Below are positions 58,538 through 64,000 of a stretch of DNA of 64,000 bases, one piece after another. The stretch is from an uncultured Verrucomicrobiae bacterium. GTDB taxonomy: Bacteria; Verrucomicrobiota; Verrucomicrobiia; Limisphaerales; Palsa-1400. A program made the translations under genes and the position numbers. Location: positions 128,001-192,000 of the forward strand of contig OY969763.1 of NCBI GenBank assembly GCA_963702845.1, read 5' to 3'. Below the pieces are notes generated by a model that did no database searches, was not told the DNA's origin, and saw nothing but the letters and a program-made list of their open reading frames with translations. Each line of letters opens with the position of its first letter. Within the stretch, counting starts at the first letter, position 1.

Positions 58538-59568
58538 AAATGGCGGAAGGGGTGGTTTCTGAACCCTTTTTGCCAGCTTTTGATCAGGGCTGTAAGGTAT
58601 GATTCGCACCCCTTTGCCCGTTCGCATTCGCTCCAGTGAGTTTGTTACCGGGCATCGCCATAGGGGTGCGTGACCGTAAATGAGCCCATATTCTTCGCGC
58701 CGGCGATGGTGGATAGAGACCATGTGCCGCTCAGCGAACCGTTGGTCCGCGATGACGTGAGTTCTACATTATTGTCAGCGTCGTTGGGATTCAGGTTGAT
58801 AGACAGACCCCTTTCATTCACAAAGCCGCGGAATGTTCCACTCTGAATTGAGTTTGTCGGGAACGATGCCTTCGCCGAGATCAGCTGCCAGCGGCCTACA
58901 AATGCCTGGCCATGCGCCGGCAACGGATCTGGAAGTTGCAGTTTGCCAGTGGCAACGATCTTTCCCGTGTGGTCACGAAACTCCAGTTTACCGCCTGCGT
59001 TTGTTGCCCCGCGAGGATCGCTTCTTCCGTGGCTGCTGCGTGGCAAGGCATTGGTGCGTATTTCGTCCCACAGCGCAGGGCTGTAGGGTCGCACGTCTTT
59101 TACTGGAGCGTCCTCACTTGGGTAAGAGAGAGCAAAGGATTCCTGGCCCAGTTGATTGGTTCCCGTCCCTTCGAGAAAGGTGATGTAATCCTTGCCGGTC
59201 TCGAACGCCGGGTCCGAGTGTAACCTGGTGCTGAAGTAAACGCAGATTCTCCCCCTTCTCGAGGGCCCTTTTAGCGTCTCCTTCACGACGCAGGTTGCCG
59301 AACATCGAAATGTTAAACCAGCGGTCATAATGGCACTACGCTCGACGCCGGTAACCTGGACATGGGCAACCAGGTCGGCTTGCCGAACGAGGGAAGCCAA
59401 GGAGTTTGTTTCAGCGGCATCGATGGCGAGCGGGCTGCCGAGCAAAGTGAGGCACAAGGCGAGGGATTGATGTTTCATGGTTCCATTTGTAAATCCACGG
59501 CTTACTACGGTAAACTTGCCCTCCTGAAACAACCGGCTTGTATGGCAAACAAATGGCGGAAGGGGTGG
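58538..59568. mobile_element. One-gene genomic islet at the tRNA-Ser 3' end
   Basis: 18-bp direct repeat aaatggcggaaggggtgg at 58538-58555 and 59551-59568. Confidence 0.8.
58645..59478 (-). CDS. Secreted hypothetical protein
   Basis: Signal peptide from MKHQSLAL; LVRQADLV..V.V motif. Confidence 0.75.
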   Translation of the reverse strand: MKHQSLALCLTLLGSPLAIDAAETNSLASLVRQADLVAHVQVTGVERSAIMTAGLTFRCSATCVVKETLKGPSRRGRICVYFSTRLHSDPAFETGKDYITFLEGTGTNQLGQESFALSYPSEDAPVKDVRPYSPALWDEIRTNALPRSSHGRSDPRGATNAGGKLEFRDHTGKIVATGKLQLPDPLPAHGQAFVGRWQLISAKASFPTNSIQSGTFRGFVNERGLSINLNPNDADNNVELTSSRTNGSLSGTWSLSTIAGAKNMGSFTVTHPYGDAR

Positions 59569-59643
59569 GATTCGAACCCACGGTAGGATTGCTCCTACTC
59601 CTGATTTCGAGTCAGGTGCCTTTAACCACTCAGCCACCCTTCC
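59554..59643 (-). tRNA. tRNA-Ser(CGA)
   Basis: GGAAGGGTGGCTGAGTGG..CCTGA-CT-CGA-AA-TCAGG, long variable arm, ..GCCA. Confidence 0.97.
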
Positions 59644-59723
59644 GCTCGATTAGTATCAACAACTTACGTTGTTGAGATTCTGCTCGGTTTGACTTTTTAC
59701 CACCGCGTTCGGATACTGCTCTC

Positions 59724-60035
59724 GTGATTTCGCCAAGAGCCTTCAAAAGCCGCCTCAAATGCAGATTGGGTTAGGACTCAATACGCTAACCTCATCCGCT
59801 ACAAACCATCTGGCAAATACTATGCCCGCATCAAAGTTAACGGCAAGATTTTTAAGAAGACTCTGAAAACTGCCGCGATCAGCGTCGCGAAGATTCGATT
59901 TGGCCGACCTAGAGAAAGAACTGCGTCAAAATGCAGAACTTAAGCTCTCCGAGCATGACCCAAAGATGACGTTTGAGTTCGCTCTGAACAATTATCGGCA
60001 ACGGTTCGATACCAATGTTCGTCTGAAGCAGCAGA
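59724..60035 (+). pseudogene. N-terminal remnant of a tyrosine integrase
   Basis: YANLIRYKPSGKYYARIKVNGK..KTLKT..SVAKIR, frameshift, LADLEKE; no catalytic domain. Confidence 0.7.
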
Positions 60036-60160
60036 ATGACGCCCCTCATAACGGGAATGTGCTTCCTGTAGGCTGGCGCGCGGTAGAAACAATTTGCTGC
60101 TTAGAAATTCGTGATCTAGTTTGAAAAGTTGACAGGAACTTACGAAACGGGAGGGGAACC

Positions 60161-61723
60161 ATGAGGAAAGTCACACCAACCACGCGGCGCTCGGCAAATC
60201 GACGCGGCCTTTTAAAAGTCACTGGGCCCAGGCGGGCAAGGTCTAATCGGATTTCAAATGAGCTGTTCGAGGACAGTATTCATACGCTGAAGCATTCCCA
60301 GGGAAAGGTTCGCAAGGAGAGCGACAACATCGGTTCGCTCGAAATACCGGGCGATGCGTATTGGGGAATCAATACAGCGCGAGCGCTCGAGAACTTTCCC
60401 ATTAGCGGCCGACCGATCTCAACCTATCCGGATTTGATATTTGGTTATGCGTGTGTGAAGCAGGCATCCAGTCGTGCCAATGCCGAGATCGGTGAGTTGG
60501 ACGAGGGGAAGGCCGACCTCATCGACGAGGTATGCGAAGAGATCAAACACGGTGGTCTTCAGGATCAATTCGTTGTCGATATCATACAAGGTGGCGCAGG
60601 CACTTCCACCAACATGAACGTCAACGAGGTGATTGCCAACCGCGGCGCTGAATTGGCGGGAGGCGCAAAGGGTAAATACGATATTCTCGATCCGAACGAT
60701 CACGTCAATCGCGGCCAAAGCACGAACGATACTTATCCGACAGCTTTGAAAGTTGGTTTGTGCCTCGCCATTGAACGGCTTTTGGAAGAACTGGCGCGAC
60801 TCGAAATTGCGTTCCGGGACAAGGGACGTGAGTTCGCCGGGATAGTTAAGGTGGGCCGCACGCAGCTGCAGGACGCCGTGCCGATGACCTTGCAGCAGGA
60901 ATTTGAAAGCTTCGCAGTTACTCTGGGAGAAGATCACGATCTTCTTGAGCTGGTGCGGCAAAGAATGTGGGAGGTGAACCTGGGTGGCACGGCTATCGGC
61001 ACAGGTATCGCTGCGGATCCTCGTTTCCCTGCGTTAGCTGCCAGGCATCTGAGTGACATTACCGGCTACGACATTAAGACAGCAGCCAATCTGATAGAAG
61101 CCACGAGCGACGTTGGCGTTTTCCTGAAGCTGTCGGGGGCGCTAAAGATCACGGCCATGAAGTTATCGAAAATTTGCAACGACCTGCGGTTGTTAAGCTC
61201 GGGGCCTCAGGTAGGCTTCGGTGAAATCAACTTACCCGCACGCCAGGCTGGTTCGAGCATCATGCCGGGAAAAGTGAATCCAGTCATTCCCGAAGTAGTG
61301 AACCAGGTAGCGTTCGTAGTGGCCGGCCACGACGTGACGATTGCCATGGCAGTCGAAGGTGGTCAGTTGCAGCTTAATGCCTTTGAGCCGGTGATTACTC
61401 ATTCACTTTTCGAAGGCCTGAAGTGGTTAACTGCTGCAATCGCAACGTTGCGCGTTAATTGCGTCGATGGGATAACCGCCAACACGCGACGTTTGGCTGA
61501 ACAGGTGGGTTCTTTCGTGGGCGTAGTAACCGCACTCATTCCCCACATTGGCTACGGCCCGGCGAGCAAATTGGCCAAAGAAGCTTTGGCTACGAATGCC
61601 AACATCGCCGACATGGTCGTAAAATCTGGCCTTCTCACGCGAGAACAGGTCACGGCCATGATGTCCCCGGAACGGTTAACCAGTAATCGAGCCTCGAAGA
61701 AAAATCGAAGCCGGCGAGAATAG
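60161..61723 (+). CDS. aspA: Aspartate ammonia-lyase
   Basis: YWGINTARA.ENF, QGGAGTSTNMN, GRTQLQDAVP, GSSIMPGKVNP; start uncertain. Confidence 0.92.
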   Translation: MRKVTPTTRRSANRRGLLKVTGPRRARSNRISNELFEDSIHTLKHSQGKVRKESDNIGSLEIPGDAYWGINTARALENFPISGRPISTYPDLIFGYACVKQASSRANAEIGELDEGKADLIDEVCEEIKHGGLQDQFVVDIIQGGAGTSTNMNVNEVIANRGAELAGGAKGKYDILDPNDHVNRGQSTNDTYPTALKVGLCLAIERLLEELARLEIAFRDKGREFAGIVKVGRTQLQDAVPMTLQQEFESFAVTLGEDHDLLELVRQRMWEVNLGGTAIGTGIAADPRFPALAARHLSDITGYDIKTAANLIEATSDVGVFLKLSGALKITAMKLSKICNDLRLLSSGPQVGFGEINLPARQAGSSIMPGKVNPVIPEVVNQVAFVVAGHDVTIAMAVEGGQLQLNAFEPVITHSLFEGLKWLTAAIATLRVNCVDGITANTRRLAEQVGSFVGVVTALIPHIGYGPASKLAKEALATNANIADMVVKSGLLTREQVTAMMSPERLTSNRASKKNRSRRE

Positions 61724-62212
61724 AATTCGTCCATAACCCCACAGCGTCGCCTCACAAGTGCGCGGTGCTGATGGGCATAAAAAAGCATGATGGCAGCCGT
61801 GATCATAACGGCCAATACAAGCATCAACATCAGCCTGCGTTCCTGGGTGTTCTTTTTGTACGCTGGACAAATTGTCAGAAAACGTTCCTCCCGAAAAGAA
61901 CTCCTGAGCATCAAAGAGAGCATATGACCGGCTCCCTTCATTCCATTCCATCAGCCGACCTGAACTTCACCCTGTTCTCATGGGAACACATAGCAGACGA
62001 CACTGTCCACGACCTGGACTATTACACTGAGCTTCTCGCTGTCGGCTGTGAGGTTTGACGTTGCTGCGGCCGCGGATGGCTTGCCACTGGATGATTGACA
62101 CCCTCAATTTGTGGGTATTCCGCGCTTTTCAGATTCGTGCAGAATCAACAGCTGTCCCCCAAAGTAGTCGTTGAGACGCTGTTGTCGTCCCAATTGTCCA
62201 TTGCTGTTGCTT

Positions 62213-64000
62213 ATGAATGCTTATCTTAAGACCCAGTTTCTCGTTGCCGTGTCGTCTGTCGCAACCGCCGGTTTCCTTCATGCAGGAACGGTTCTGGTCA
62301 GTGACACATATACTGTTACCGGTTCCGGCTCTGGTTTCGCCCTGAACACGGGCGTTAATACGGGAATCAATCCGCCAACGACGCGACTCACCGGGACGAT
62401 GGCGGCTAATCTGCGCTACATAAACACCGGCACGAAAGCGACGTCGGCTTATACTATCGGCAGCAATAAACTGAAGGTGGCGGCGGTGGTGAACGCCGGC
62501 CGTTTTGTTTTGTCCGCGAATGGCACGACGGCTTTTGATTTTGGGCCAGCGCTCGGAGTCACTGGCGCGACGCCGTCGAACCCGGTGGTTTACGATCTCG
62601 CAGTTAACATGGACAATGATGCGACGGCGACGGATCGCATTTCCTTTGCGCTCGGTACGGCGGAAGGTGATTCCACGACGTGGGCGTTTGGCGTGCAACT
62701 TTATCGTGTGGCGAGCGGCAATACGTTTTACACCATCGGCAAACGTATTGATACCACTTCGTCGGGATTGGCGAGTGATTTGAATGCGGCAATCACTACG
62801 TTGGGGGCTGGCACATACGGCACCGAACTGACTTTCCTCGTGCGTGTGACGGATGCAGGCTCCGAGACGTCAGCATTCCATTCGCGCGTGCAGGTTTCGC
62901 TCAATGGCGGCAGCACGTGGATCTATGACACGGCCACCGATACTGATCTGACGAGCGGATTTCGTTTTAACGGCGCGGCGCGCATCATCATGTGGGATCA
63001 GGCTCCGAGTGCGATTGCGACCTATGACAATTTTTCCGTGACGTGGAATTCCGGTCCGCACACATGGACGGGCGCTGGTGCGAATGGCAATTGGTCGACG
63101 GATGCGAACTGGGGCGGACCCGTGCCGGTATCTGGAGACACATTGATTTTTGCAGGCACGACGAGACAGACGAGCACGAACGACCTGGCGAGCCTTTCTG
63201 TGCCGTGGGTGACGTTCAATAACGGCAGTTTCACACTGTGGGGGAATTCGCTCACGGCCAGTGTGGCAATCACGAATGCGAGCGGCGTGAACACTTTCAA
63301 AATGCCCCTCGCGTTTGGTGTTGCTGCTCCCAAGACGTGGAGCGTGGCGAGCGGAACGGAAGTCGTGCTGGATAACACGACGACAGTCGAAACCAACGGC
63401 GACCATACGTTGGTCGGCGGCGGAACGATTCGGACAAAAGGGACGATGAACATCGGCCAGGCTACGGCGTCGATTCCGGCCTTCATCCTGAATGAAGGCA
63501 AACATATCGTCGATGGCGGCACCTTCAATTCTCGCGGTGGTTATCGCATCGGTTCACTCGCGACTGGTGCGGGTGCGCAAACGGTTTTGACCAACGGAGC
63601 GACATTTAATTTGACTGCCTCCACGGCGAATCTTCGCGTGGGCGACAGCACCAATCCGGTCGCCGCGCAACTAACGCTCAACAACAGCACGCTCACGATG
63701 GCGGGAGGTGTTCTTTGCGTTCCGTTTGTCGCCGGCGCGATTGGGTCTGTGAATCAAGTCGGTGGAACGGTCTCTGGATGTGTTCTTAGCTTTAGTGATT
63801 CGGGCGCCGGCACTGGCACTTACACCGTGACGGGAGGCACATTGCAACCGTTGCAGATCAGCGAGGGTACGTCCACCGGCACTTCAACGATTACGTTTGA
63901 TAACGCGACGTTGCGTCCTGCCACTGGCGCGAGCAGTTCGTTCATGTCCGGTTTGAACACGGCGCAAATCAATGCGGGTGGGCTTACGATCGATACGCCG
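62213..64000 (+). CDS. Large secreted beta-strand-repeat (autotransporter-passenger-like) protein, runs off the window
   Basis: MNAYLKTQFLVAVSSVATAGFLHA signal; TWTGAGANGNWSTDANW; Gly/Thr-rich; no stop seen. Confidence 0.85.
   Translation, partial: MNAYLKTQFLVAVSSVATAGFLHAGTVLVSDTYTVTGSGSGFALNTGVNTGINPPTTRLTGTMAANLRYINTGTKATSAYTIGSNKLKVAAVVNAGRFVLSANGTTAFDFGPALGVTGATPSNPVVYDLAVNMDNDATATDRISFALGTAEGDSTTWAFGVQLYRVASGNTFYTIGKRIDTTSSGLASDLNAAITTLGAGTYGTELTFLVRVTDAGSETSAFHSRVQVSLNGGSTWIYDTATDTDLTSGFRFNGAARIIMWDQAPSAIATYDNFSVTWNSGPHTWTGAGANGNWSTDANWGGPVPVSGDTLIFAGTTRQTSTNDLASLSVPWVTFNNGSFTLWGNSLTASVAITNASGVNTFKMPLAFGVAAPKTWSVASGTEVVLDNTTTVETNGDHTLVGGGTIRTKGTMNIGQATASIPAFILNEGKHIVDGGTFNSRGGYRIGSLATGAGAQTVLTNGATFNLTASTANLRVGDSTNPVAAQLTLNNSTLTMAGGVLCVPFVAGAIGSVNQVGGTVSGCVLSFSDSGAGTGTYTVTGGTLQPLQISEGTSTGTSTITFDNATLRPATGASSSFMSGLNTAQINAGGLTIDTP

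Noticed and set aside
58645..59637. 330-aa ORF as given in the track
   Set aside because: The first 53 codons run through tRNA-Ser and its flank; the likely start is 59478.

Overview
GC-rich bacterial window, probably Verrucomicrobiota (inferred from gene style). (1) 1-22160 is the right part of an integrated phage-like element ending at a tyrosine integrase next to tRNA-Thr(CGT). It encodes replication, terminase, portal, scaffold, capsid and connector genes but no recognisable tail genes, and carries several antisense 'moron' inserts. (2) 22570-46910 is core-like DNA: a sigma-70 factor, ABC transporters, a complete group 1h [NiFe]-hydrogenase/hyp cluster, apt, a SanA-like gene and a frameshifted DUF4142 gene. 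(3) 47100-56360 is an integrase-less integron-like array of small minus-strand genes with attC hairpins. It is punctuated by a ~190-bp repeat that joins an attI-like site to a 51-bp segment I recognise as the 3' end of a phosphoketolase (xfp) gene (EHGDDMPEIRDWKWSA*). This suggests tandemly stacked 'mini-integron' islets and is the best candidate for a new system. Two non-coding motif families of this array also occur inside the prophage. (4) 56900-64000 holds an SGNH hydrolase, a one-gene islet at tRNA-Ser(CGA), an integrase remnant, aspA and the start of a large secreted beta-strand-repeat protein. All family assignments are by eye; no searches were run.
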